Shown here in pieces: positions 53,401 through 64,000 of a stretch of 64,000 nt of DNA; the stretch's first letter is position 1; each line of letters opens with the position of its first letter. Source of the DNA: Paragordius varius. Taxonomy: Eukaryota > Animalia > Nematomorpha. The stretch lies in contig OZ176055.1 in assembly GCA_964247055.1 (NCBI GenBank), positions 248,001-312,000 on the forward strand, written 5' to 3'. A model generated the notes under the pieces. That model had not been told where the DNA came from. It made no database searches and was given only the letters and a program-made list of their open reading frames with translations. The position numbers and the translations under genes were made by a program.

Positions 53401-56400
53401 ATGCATCTCAATTATATACTTTGCAGTTTAAGACAATGACATATATTTAAAAAAATCATGTTTTCAAAAGTATGGTTTCTTTAAGAGAAAATTATTTGTC
53501 TTTATTTCACGTTTCGTCCGTATAATTTCAATTTTTACTGTAAATATTTTAATTCATAAAAAATATTTTTCGCTATATGTTTTTAAAATCAAAATTCCAC
53601 AAACAGCTGATTATTTAAATTTAAAAAAAAAGCAAGAAATTGGGGTAGTTGAGAACCCCGGACCTTTTAAAAAGCAAACATTTTATAAAATTAAAATTAT
53701 CTATATCCTCTAAACTTTGATGTACCAAAATATCTATATTCAAATATTCTCATTCAAAATGACATGATTTGAAATTTCTTTTGTTATGGATAAACCTAAA
53801 AAAACTTAAATTTTGACCGCATTGAATAAAGCCATTAGTGTAGATTCATTAACAAAATTTTACGAAATTTAACAAAAATTTATTTTTTTAAACAAATTTA
53901 CTGATAAATCTTCCCGAATGTTGGCAATAAACTAACAATTGTTTTCACTGAATCAAGTCTAAAATCCAAAAAAATATTTTTTCATGCCCATCCATATATG
54001 GAGTAAAACAATATTAATCCATAATAGAATAAAAAATTGTTTTTTTAAAAACAAGGGGATATATTATACATATGTGTATTTACAACTAGGATTGTTTTTT
54101 AAAAAAAAACATTTTTTTATTCTTTTATGGACTAATATTGTTTTACTCCATACGCTACTGTACTGTAAAAACTGAAATTATACGGACAAAACGTAAAAAT
54201 AAAAGACAAGTATTTTTTCTAAAAGACAACCTTATACTTTTCATCTTGATTTTTTAAATACAACTCATTCATTTAAATGTGTAAAATAGAGATGTATATT
54301 GGTAACATAATCAATTATATGTTTTACGATTGTTATATAATTAAATGATTTTAATACGATAAATTAAGGTATGAAAAAGTATTGTCTTTTGGAAAAAAAT
54401 TGTCTTTATATTTTTACGTTTTGTCCCTACAGTTTCAATTTTTACTGTTTTTTCTTAATGCTCACCGGTTTATTTGTTCAGAAAATGCGGCCCGCGAAGC
54501 CATTTGTGTTGGACACCCCTTTAGATGTTACAATTTTCAATTATGTCCTTTCATCTAAAATTAGAAATGCTTTTATTCAATATCCGATTTTATATAAACA
54601 TAAGATAGTACCAATTTGAGATTCGTTAGGGGACATGATTATTTTCAGTGATTAGGCCTTAAACTTTTTTCTGGATTTTAAATATTTATGATACATTTCT
54701 TTCCCAATTTACAATAAAAACTGAAAATATACGGATAAAACGTAAAAATATAAAGTCAAATATTTTTCTAAAAATATCGGTAAAACAATCACCTATATAT
54801 TTACATTGTGGTTTTATAATTTATGTGAGAAAAATTAAGGTTTAAAAAGTATGGTAGTTGTCTTTTGAAAAAAAATATTTGTCTTTATATGTTTACGTTT
54901 GTCCGTATAGTTTGAATTTTTGACTTATATATATTTTCATCGTATTCTAGTACTAAAATGGAGATTTGTAAAGATAAAAATGTAAATCCGAAATCCTATA
55001 TATAACCAATTAGTTACAGTATGAGCAAGTATATATTGCTAGAAAGTTATTTATTGCCCAACAAAGGGCAGTATTATTGACTTATAGTTATTTTTTGCCC
55101 TTTTTACAATTATTTGCCAATAATAATTTTTCTTGCTGCATATGTTATTTGGGATTAATTAATAACTTTCTCCCAATGTAATTCTCATACTGTAAAGCAA
55201 TACCAATATGAATAAACAAGGACTATTAATTTTGCAAAAATTTTTACAATAAAAAAATTCCGCCCACGGAATTCAAATCCATAAAACCCAATAAAATTTA
55301 CACCCTAAATTTTATAATAATAATAATACAAAACCATATAAAATCGTAATATAATATTTACATGTTTCTAACTTCAATTCAAATTGGGGTATCTAAATAC
55401 CTCAGATTATATTTAAGTTGATATTTTTAAGAATCTATTGAAAGAAAAATTATACTTCTATACTAAATTATATGAAAAAGCCGAAACATCTAAATAAAAT
55501 TAAGTTTTGAAGAAAGGATTCATATCAAACTACTTTGGCTATTTTTATTTGACAACATTTCTGCAAAATACCTGTGTTTATTCAAGCTAAAATTAAAGCT
55601 AATTTATTACTGAAATAACATTAACATTGATAGAAAGTGAAAAAGCGGTTTATTTTGTATTGTTTTTAAATTTAGCTTATGCACACATGTCATGTTGACT
55701 AAATTTTTACTTTGGTTACTAAAATAGGTAATATTAAGTATTTTTGAATAAATTTATATATTAATTTCGGTTTATTAATGTTATTAAAGTGCAAACTCTT
55801 GCCATGTTCGCATCCTTCCATATTTTGGAGTATTTAATTTTAAACAGGCCTTGAGGCATCTAACTAGCCCAATTTGAATCGAGGGAAATGATTAAGTTGT
55901 ATAAAGTGTTCAAACAATCTAAAGTTTTCCATAATGACGATTTTATTTTGTGGACTTTTTAAAGATCACAAACCCTATTTGAATATAAATTTTTACAAAC
56001 CGATCCCTGAGTTTGACTTATTAAAAAACCACCCTTAAAGAAAAACATCATTTGTCATATATTTTAAATGCAAATAAGAATTCCACTAGATTTTAATAAA
56101 TTACATAGAATACCACAATTTTAAGTCCTTAAATCTTTCAAAGGGTTACTAGCAACTCACCGATTGTAGGCATTTATCGTTTTTCCTAGTTTGCGCATAT
56201 CAAATTATCAAATAAATAAAAGTATCCCACATTACACATTGGGCAAAGATTTCAATGTAATCACACAAAAAATATACAAATATAAAACACAATTTCCTAA
56301 CACTATATTGTTAAACAGTTTAAAAATTTTGTTGTAGGTCTATAAATCTACATAAAAAAAATAAATCTTAAAAAACGCGCGCCCTGTTAACTATATAAAT

Positions 56401-57199
56401 TATTTTATTTTTATGGTGTCGCGCAACACTTACTTTGTCACAATGAGCGGAAAAATTGCAGAGTAAGTAAAGTCATAAAAAATTATTTTATCATTATTAC
56501 AAGTATAGTATATATACATATTATATTTTATCGTTTATTTTAAATATTAAAAATAACTATATAATTTTACTATTAGCCTTTATCTGGTTTTTAGTTTATT
56601 TCAAAATCTTAATGGAATATATATGATAATTTTACGTTTTTGATTAAAACATTAAAATTTAAGTAACTAAAAAAATAGATAAAAATAATTTTTTAATTGA
56701 AAATGGTGGAAGAAATAAAAAAATACAGTAAAAATTGAAATTATATACGGACAAAACGTGAAAATATACGGACAAATATTTTTTTCTAAAAGACACCTTC
56801 CATACTATTTATATCTTGATTTTTTTAAATATATCTGATTGTGTTTAAACCGCAAAGTATGAAATACAGATATGTATATCGGTAACACAATCAATTGCAT
56901 ATTTTACAATTAAATTAAATAAAATCTAGTTTGAAAAAGTATGGTTGTTGTCTTTTAAAGAAAAAAACCTTGTTTTTAAATTTTTACGCTTTGTCTGTAT
57001 AATTTCAATTTTTACTGTATTTTATTTTTGAAAAACAAAATAGTTTAAATTTAATTTTTTTCGATAAAATATATAAATTTATACCGGTTTTTCGGGAGGG
57101 CGAGGAATTTGTTTGGAAAACATCGAATATCTGATGTTGGCTCCATGCACTCTGTTTACGGGTTTTGTTGGACTTTTTAGGGCTAATTTCTGATGCCAT
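39351..57199 (-). CDS. trpgamma: TRPC-family cation channel, TRPgamma-like, 18 exons, about 1609 aa
   Basis: Exons 57199-57085 (tentative, assigned by phase only), 51289-50544, 50301-49700, 49512-49280, 48670-48577, 47417-47138, 46759-46525, 46075-45941, 45219-45080, 44819-44704, 44625-44511, 44144-44023, 43690-43495, 43126-42929, 42857-42816, 42531-42315, 41919-41398, 40072-39351. Ankyrin repeats ([36 protein letters not shown]), [20 protein letters not shown], pore [18 protein letters not shown] box [22 protein letters not shown]. Confidence 0.93.
40197..41317 (+). mobile_element. Decayed mariner (Mos1/mauritiana-like) element in the last TRP intron
   Basis: Termini begin CCAGGT and end ACCTGG. 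Disrupted transposase: MSNFVPEN (ATG 40354), [42 protein letters not shown]; several stops and frameshifts. Confidence 0.88.
44156..44452. mobile_element. MITE family A copy abutting the acceptor of TRP exon 12
   Basis: Left TIR starts at 44156, about 10 nt from the AG at 44145-44146; right end degenerate. Confidence 0.75.
53260..53540. mobile_element. Tc1/mariner-type MITE family A (TIR CAGTAAAAATTGAAATTATACGGACAAAACGT), representative copy
   Basis: TA-flanked CAGTAAAAATT..AATTTTTACTG with long TIRs. Other full or partial copies near 1-81, 150-456, 1223-1625, 8150-8425, 12887-13145, 18016-18285, 19590-19680, 22050-22115, 23350-23580, 33565-33822, 38480-38632, 42560-42640, 43180-43376, 54715-54925, 62890-63162. 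Confidence 0.9.
54163..54447. mobile_element. MITE family A copy
   Basis: Family TIRs at both ends, one substitution in the left terminus. Confidence 0.8.
55371..55885. mobile_element. Second, oppositely oriented copy of the piggyBac-like MITE
   Basis: Same TIRs; internal sequence is a diverged reverse complement of 3581-4136. Confidence 0.65.
56726..57017. mobile_element. MITE family A copy
   Basis: TA|CAGTAAAAATTGAAATTATA..TATAATTTCAATTTTTACTG|TA. Confidence 0.85.
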
Positions 57200-57659
57200 G
57201 TGCTTTTTTATACAGCAATTCCCAATTGGTTTTGATATATTTTCCTGTTTTAAAACGCATTTTTTGCAAAAATATTATAATATAAAATTAATTATTTAGA
57301 ATAAGGGATATGAAATATTATTTATCATCTTTAGATAATTATTTATAAGAATAAAATAAATTTTTTTTTAGTTATTAAAAAAAGATATTGGGAAAAATCG
57401 AAAAATTTTTTTTATCTATATATATATAAATTATTTACTGTTAATGATAAGTAAATCACTACACACAGCTAAAATTAATTAATCTTTAATAAAAATTACT
57501 ATTTTATCTAAGAATATAAATATATAATTAAAATTGCCTTTGAAACCACAAAAAAAACAATAGGGTTAAATAAATTAATTTTTGGATATTGTTTACGCTG
57601 AATTGTGATTGTATTATTAAATATGGAATAATTCAGCAAAAATAATATAAATTTATTAT

Positions 57660-57692
57660 AATATTTCGATTACTACAAGTAATCTTTGTCAA
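57660..57692 (-). ncRNA. Mirror copy of the candidate hammerhead core in the left PLE arm
   Basis: Exact reverse complement of 61375-61407. Confidence 0.55.
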
Positions 57693-57763
57693 ACGTAAAA
57701 ATAAAATAAAAATATAAATTTAAATTTAAATTATAAAGTAAAAATATTTAATGAGATATGAAA

Positions 57764-59156
57764 CTAAAAAAACATGTGTGTATTGTTAATAAGAAAAAAA
57801 TTTGTAATGTTATTAATATTATTAAGATCCTTCTTTCTGTTCATTATATTTCCTTCTTTGTTAATATAAAAACTTTCCTTCAATATTCTTTTTGTTCTGT
57901 TTTCCTCTGTATCGACAACTTCGGCATCCCAGTTTATTTTATGTTTACATTTAAAGGCATGATATGCCAAAGCCGAATCATTAGTTTTATTCTTGCTAAC
58001 TGCCGTTTTATGTTCTTTTAACCTAACATCTAGTCCTCTTTTTGTTTGACCAATGTATACACTGTCGCAATCTTGACATTTAATTTTATATATTACACAT
58101 TGAGAACAAAGATTCTTTTTCTGTGAATTTAATAATTTATAGATATTATTTAATGGTTTAAATATTATTGTGTATTTCTCTTTAAGTATTTCTTTGATTT
58201 TGTAACTTACGGATTCATAGAATGGTATTATAATTTTCTTTTTGTTATTATCATTGTAAATTTTTTTAGGTTTTGAGTTTAAAATTTTGTTTATGGCGTT
58301 AGTGATTAAATTTTGTGGGTAATTATGTTCTAATAATTTTTTTACTATTTCAGATGTTTGTGAGGTTCTTTTCTCTATATTGTTAGGAATTAGTAATGTT
58401 CGACGTAGTAAGCTATGCACAAGGGAGTTAAAACAATTATTTGGGTGGTGTGAATTATAGTTTATTATATTTATATCTGATTTGTAATGTACTTCAGTGG
58501 ATATTTTGTTATTGTTTTTTTCTATCAATACATCCAAAAATGAAATTTTATTGTTATTTTCTTTTTCTAAAGTAAACCTTAATGGACTTGTGCAATTAAA
58601 TGATTTTAGTAGTTGTTTAATATTATTTTCGCTATCAATGCATATTATATCATCTACGTATCTGTAGTAAAAGTAAGGTTCTTTTTGTTTTTGTAAAACT
58701 TTGGATTCCACATATCGAACTGTAATTTCCGCTATTACACTTGAAAAGGGGGATCCCATAGGTACTCCGATTTTTTGATGATATATTGTGTCATTAAATT
58801 TAACATATGAATTTGAAATAGCCAAGTTAATTAAATTGTTTAAAACGTTTATGTTGACGTTCAATTTATCAAAATATGCAAGATTTTTCTCAATAAATTG
58901 TTTCAAAGCTTTTTTTGCAACTTTTATTGGGATTGATGTATATAAGGATACGATGTCTAAACTACATATAATCTTATCTGTAGTATTTATATCTATTAAT
59001 TTTTCAGTTAAATCATAACAGTTTTTTATATTATATTTATAATGTTCTAGTAACGGTGAAAATAATTGGGTTAAATATTTACATATTTTGAAAGTAGGTG
59101 AACTCCTAAAATTTGTTATAGGTCTTAAAGGTATATTTTCTTTGTGTAATTTAGGT
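57764..59156 (-). pseudogene. Inverted partial copy of the PLE ORF (from PKLHKEN through RT core and GIY-YIG)
   Basis: Translation is identical to the plus-strand ORF from PKLHKENIPLRPI to NNINNIT; it has no start codon of its own. Confidence 0.9.
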
Positions 59157-59177
59157 AATAACAACAATACCAACAAA

Positions 59178-61319
59178 ATGAAGGAAAATATATGTAAAAA
59201 ATTAATAAAAGAAAGAATCAAAAACTGCTACAGAAATATTGAATATTGTAAGAAAAAATTAGAGAGCTTGGAAAAATGGTTAGATAATTTACCTCTAGAT
59301 AAATACAACCAAATTCAAAAGATGCATGATAACAAAGTTAAATATATAACAGAGAAATTATCCAAAAAACATATGAAAAAATTAAAAAACCTAAATTACA
59401 AAGAGGTTAAACCTAATTTTATAAATCTCACCGATATTAAATTTACATCTGAACAAATCAAATTCCTAAATAATGGATTGAAGTTTATTCCAAAAACTAA
59501 TATCCCACTAAAGTCTTTAACAACTATTATTGAATCAAATCTACCTCAAGAAGAAAAGGATCTCAGATTTAAAATATATAATGAACTAAATACATACTCC
59601 AAAAATAATAACACATTAAAAATTAATAGCATTTTAAAATCACTTAAAATAAAAGAAGAAATAATGTATCTGAAAGCAGACAAAACAAATCAATTGGTTA
59701 TTATGTATAAAAATGATTATAATGATAAAGCATTGAAAGTACTAACGGACAAAAAAACATATGAAATAATGAAATATAACCCAATAGAAAAAATTGAAAA
59801 GTGTATCAACAAAAAATTAAAAAGATTCTTAATTGGTAAACAAATAAACATCACAACATATAACCTCTGTAAACCTAAAGATTCAAAATGTCCTACTTTT
59901 CATGGCCAACCTAAATTACACAAAGAAAATATACCTTTAAGACCTATAACAAATTTTAGGAGTTCACCTACTTTCAAAATATGTAAATATTTAACCCAAT
60001 TATTTTCACCGTTACTAGAACATTATAAATATAATATAAAAAACTGTTATGATTTAACTGAAAAATTAATAGATATAAATACTACAGATAAGATTATATG
60101 TAGTTTAGACATCGTATCCTTATATACATCAATCCCAATAAAAGTTGCAAAAAAAGCTTTGAAACAATTTATTGAGAAAAATCTTGCATATTTTGATAAA
60201 TTGAACGTCAACATAAACGTTTTAAACAATTTAATTAACTTGGCTATTTCAAATTCATATGTTAAATTTAATGACACAATATATCATCAAAAAATCGGAG
60301 TACCTATGGGATCCCCCTTTTCAAGTGTAATAGCGGAAATTACAGTTCGATATGTGGAATCCAAAGTTTTACAAAAACAAAAAGAACCTTACTTTTACTA
60401 CAGATACGTAGATGATATAATATGCATTGATAGCGAAAATAATATTAAACAACTACTAAAATCATTTAATTGCACAAGTCCATTAAGGTTTACTTTAGAA
60501 AAAGAAAATAACAATAAAATTTCATTTTTGGATGTATTGATAGAAAAAAACAATAACAAAATATCCACTGAAGTACATTACAAATCAGATATAAATATAA
60601 TAAACTATAATTCACACCACCCAAATAATTGTTTTAACTCCCTTGTGCATAGCTTACTACGTCGAACATTACTAATTCCTAACAATATAGAGAAAAGAAC
60701 CTCACAAACATCTGAAATAGTAAAAAAATTATTAGAACATAATTACCCACAAAATTTAATCACTAACGCCATAAACAAAATTTTAAACTCAAAACCTAAA
60801 AAAATTTACAATGATAATAACAAAAAGAAAATTATAATACCATTCTATGAATCCGTAAGTTACAAAATCAAAGAAATACTTAAAGAGAAATACACAATAA
60901 TATTTAAACCATTAAATAATATCTATAAATTATTAAATTCACAGAAAAAGAATCTTTGTTCTCAATGTGTAATATATAAAATTAAATGTCAAGATTGCGA
61001 CAGTGTATACATTGGACAAACAAAAAGAGGACTAGATGTTAGGTTAAAAGAACATAAAACGGCAGTTAGCAAGAATAAAACTAATGATTCGGCTTTGGCA
61101 TATCATGCCTTTAAATGTAAACATAAAATAAACTGGGATGCCGAAGTTGTCGATACAGAGGAAAACAGAACAAAAAGAATATTGAAGGAAAGTTTTTATA
61201 TTAACAAAGAAGGAAATATAATGAACAGAAAGAAGGATCTTAATAATATTAATAACATTACAAAAATTTTTTTCTTATTAACAATACACACATGTTTTTT
61301 TAGTTTCATATCTCATTAA
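59178..61319 (+). CDS. PLE reverse transcriptase plus GIY-YIG endonuclease (713 aa from first ATG; probably 5'-truncated)
   Basis: NFINLTDIKFT..NNGLKFIP, YLKADK, CPTFHGQPKLHK, SLDIVSLYTSIP, GVPMGSPFS, YRYVDD, ISFLDVLI; endonuclease VIYKIKCQDCDSVYIGQTKRGLDVRLKEH. No internal stops. Confidence 0.93.
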   Translation: MKENICKKLIKERIKNCYRNIEYCKKKLESLEKWLDNLPLDKYNQIQKMHDNKVKYITEKLSKKHMKKLKNLNYKEVKPNFINLTDIKFTSEQIKFLNNGLKFIPKTNIPLKSLTTIIESNLPQEEKDLRFKIYNELNTYSKNNNTLKINSILKSLKIKEEIMYLKADKTNQLVIMYKNDYNDKALKVLTDKKTYEIMKYNPIEKIEKCINKKLKRFLIGKQINITTYNLCKPKDSKCPTFHGQPKLHKENIPLRPITNFRSSPTFKICKYLTQLFSPLLEHYKYNIKNCYDLTEKLIDINTTDKIICSLDIVSLYTSIPIKVAKKALKQFIEKNLAYFDKLNVNINVLNNLINLAISNSYVKFNDTIYHQKIGVPMGSPFSSVIAEITVRYVESKVLQKQKEPYFYYRYVDDIICIDSENNIKQLLKSFNCTSPLRFTLEKENNNKISFLDVLIEKNNNKISTEVHYKSDINIINYNSHHPNNCFNSLVHSLLRRTLLIPNNIEKRTSQTSEIVKKLLEHNYPQNLITNAINKILNSKPKKIYNDNNKKKIIIPFYESVSYKIKEILKEKYTIIFKPLNNIYKLLNSQKKNLCSQCVIYKIKCQDCDSVYIGQTKRGLDVRLKEHKTAVSKNKTNDSALAYHAFKCKHKINWDAEVVDTEENRTKRILKESFYINKEGNIMNRKKDLNNINNITKIFFLLTIHTCFFSFISH

Positions 61320-61374
61320 ATATTTTTACTTTATAATTTAAATTTAAATTTATATTTTTATTTTATTTTTACGT

Positions 61375-61407
61375 TTGACAAAGATTACTTGTAGTAATCG
61401 AAATATT
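61375..61407 (+). ncRNA. Candidate minimal hammerhead ribozyme core (U3-A8 variant) in the PLE 3' region
   Basis: TTGACAA-A-[GATTACT tgt AGTAATC]-GAAA-TATT: core, extra A after A9, 7-bp stem II, GAAA, palindromic ATAT helix III. Stem I pairing is weak. Confidence 0.55.
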
Positions 61408-61465
61408 ATAATAAATTTATATTATTTTTGCTGAATTATTCCATATTTAATAAATTAATTTTTCT

Positions 61466-61467
<2 letters not shown>

Positions 61468-61521
<54 letters not shown>

Positions 61522-61525
61522 ATGT
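61468..61525. repeat. (TA)n microsatellite just right of the PLE
   Basis: Long TA run. Other (TA)n runs near 7450, 8671, 18867, 24785, 29060, 33905, 34230, 47430; (CT)n near 33000-33030. Confidence 0.95.
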
Positions 61526-64000
61526 ATGTATATTGATTGATTATTCCCTTAAATTTTATTTTAGCAACAATGTTCGAAAAAAAATTTTTATATATATATT
61601 AATTTCCAAAAAATTGTGGTATTTGTGAAATATTGATAAATTATATAATGATAAATTAACTATTGATAAATAAAAAATAAAAAAAATTTAAAAAAAATAA
61701 AAAAGTATTATTTGATTTTTTTTAAAAATTTACCTTTTTATATTTCCTGGAATTTGAAATTTGGGATTTAAAGATTAAAAATATTTTTTGCCCATATATA
61801 TATATATAATTTAATAAAAAAAATCATCGTTCCACATATAGGTAGATAAATAGATAGATAAATCGACCAAGCACAATAGTACGGCTGTATAAATATGTAA
61901 TATAAAATAATTTATAAATTTATAAATATAGATTTAAAAAAATTTGTTTGTTTTATTATAAAAAAACAAGTATTTTAAGTTAATTTGAAATTTAGTTGCA
62001 GCCAAAAAATATTTTTCCTTTTGAAAATAACAGATATTTAATAGATTATTAAAAATTTATATTATTATTATCAAAAAAAATTTTTAATATATATTTATTT
62101 TAAAATTTCAATTTTCTAATGTGCATTTGTACGATATTCTTGCCTTATATTTATAAATTAAAATTTTTTATCACAAATTTGTGTTAGCTAGAACATGACA
62201 GCAATTTTGATATGAAATTAAAAAAAAATAAAAATAAAATTCCCTGGTTTTTTGAGAAAATTTGAGGAGCCAATATATTCTCAAAACCAAAATACGAATA
62301 GAGTATATGGAAGGTTGTAAAAAAATTTTATCAACCAATGCAATTTTTAGATCCCTGGAGATTGCTGTGTTTATTTTTTTACGTGTCAGAAGTCTTAAAA
62401 TGATTCGTGCATGCTTATTGAATTTCATATTTTTTCACATTATTCCACTAATTATTTTTCACTAATATTTTTCGAGAAAAAAAAATGTATACATAATAAT
62501 AAAATTAATTTTGTAATTAATATTCATTTTTTTTTCTCGTTCGAAAAGGTCAGTTTCTTGGTCGTTTAGTTATCTCTATATTTTTTTCTTAGATTCATCT
62601 TACTTTATATAAAAGTTTTTTTGCCAAACACATATATGCTAAAACAAAATGGTAATTAAACTAAAAGCAACCACACCACTATAGTTTTTAATTAGCAAAT
62701 GTGTGCTTTTCAAAAATATTATTATACTTATGTATGTATATTATCTTTTAATAGAAGTTAACTACCTTAACTGGATCTGCTAAAATTTTATATTGGACTT
62801 GAGTGGACTATATTAAAATAGTGTTATAACCCCATTTTTGCAAAACACCGGTCAAATAGGCGGATAAAACATGGTTAAACATTATATATTATAATTATGC
62901 GGACAAAACGTAAAAATATAACGACAAATATTTTTTTCTAAAAGACAACCATACTTTTTATACCTTAATTTTCTTAAATATATATCAGTGTTTAAAATGA
63001 TAAAGTAGGGAATAGAGATGAACATTGGTAACACAATCAGTTAAAAAAGTATGTAATTTAATAATTTAAATAAATTAAGGTTTAAAAAAATTATGGTTGT
63101 CTTTTTAAAAAAATTTGTCTTTATAATTTTACGCTTGTTCGGTATAACTTCAATTTTCACTGTATATGAGATTGTGCAATTTAGATTAGAAGGATAATCG
63201 TTTGTTAAATTATGAATGATTGTTCAAGAATATAAAAAATACTAAATAAGGTTTATAATCACTATAAATTCCCATTTTATAATTTTTGTCTATACTATCC
63301 TTTTATTTACTATGTGTATAAAAATGATAACCAATATTCAATAAGGAATAAATACAATGCGATATTTTTATTTATTTAAATAAGACTTTAAACAAATATA
63401 ATATACAAAACTGCTGCTTACAAAATCGGGTCTATTAATGTAATATAAATATTAAGCTGAGACAAAAATATAATGATACTCTTAGTTTTAAAAACTTAGG
63501 AGTGATATAAGAAAGTATCTGCATTTTAGTGCTAATTGTTCATATCAAATGATGGCAAAATAGCGCATAGTCATTTTTTTTGGTGAAAGCTTAATTCGTC
63601 ATTCCAAAATATATCATTTTGATAAACTTTCTTTTTTTAAAAAAAAGCTTACTTTTCTTAAAATAAAAGTTTTGGTAAAATTTTTTAAATTGTAATTTAT
63701 GGTAGATCGAAAGGGGTTTAATGTTTTAAGATGTTTTGAAAAGACTATAGATAATTTTAAAATGCCGAATATTTTTATCCCATTAGATTTGGGATCAAAA
63801 AAGTAGATTACTTTGGAATTAAGGTAAATTGTAAAAAAAATAATATCAATCTGAAGGCAAACTAAACTTTTAATCAGAACTTTTAGGTTATAAAAACAAC
63901 ATAACCGATATAAGAAAGGTGATTATATAATATATTAAAACGATTTTATACCGTTTTTACTATGGTTTAGAACACCATGAAGTACGAGACAAAATGCCAA

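Larger units (their letters stand above)
57584..61448. mobile_element. Penelope-like retroelement (Penelope/Poseidon type) in an inverted-duplicate, palindromic configuration
   Basis: Left arm 57614-59156 is the reverse complement of right arm 59909-61453; the only difference I found is a 2-nt A-run indel near the ORF end. Spacer 59157-59908. Direct repeat AATAAATTAATTTTT at 57569-57583 and 61449-61463. Confidence 0.92.

Noticed and set aside
59088-59177. N-terminal 30 aa of the 743-aa PLE ORF (MKVGELLKF..)
   Set aside because: TTG start, and most of it is antisense of the inverted arm; the first ATG is at 59178.
58788-60277. Twin 76-aa ORFs
   Set aside because: Antisense frames of the RT region in each arm.
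1-64000. tRNA, rRNA or snRNA genes
   Set aside because: No recognisable cloverleaf or rRNA/snRNA signature by eye; tRNAscan-SE and Infernal were not run.

Overview
Very AT-rich animal genomic DNA (invertebrate; species not identifiable from sequence alone) with GT-AG spliced genes and dense non-autonomous DNA transposons. Genes, left to right: the 5' seven exons of NOL10 (minus, running off the left edge); two adjacent unrecognised Cys-cluster genes (plus; the second has a signal peptide and a mucin-like tail); an intronless FMRFamide-receptor-like class A GPCR (minus); a 14-exon, enlarged TOM70 (minus, about 823 aa); and an 18-exon TRPgamma/TRPC channel (minus, about 1609 aa) with a decayed mariner in its last intron. 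The most striking structure is a young Penelope-like retroelement at 57.6-61.4 kb arranged as a palindrome: 1.54-kb near-identical inverted arms, a 752-bp spacer, a 15-bp flanking direct repeat, and a variant hammerhead-ribozyme core in each arm. It sits about 0.4 kb upstream of the putative TRP start codon. No rRNA, tRNA or CRISPR features were seen. Exon coordinates were derived by hand from splice sites, phase and remembered homolog motifs, not from database searches.
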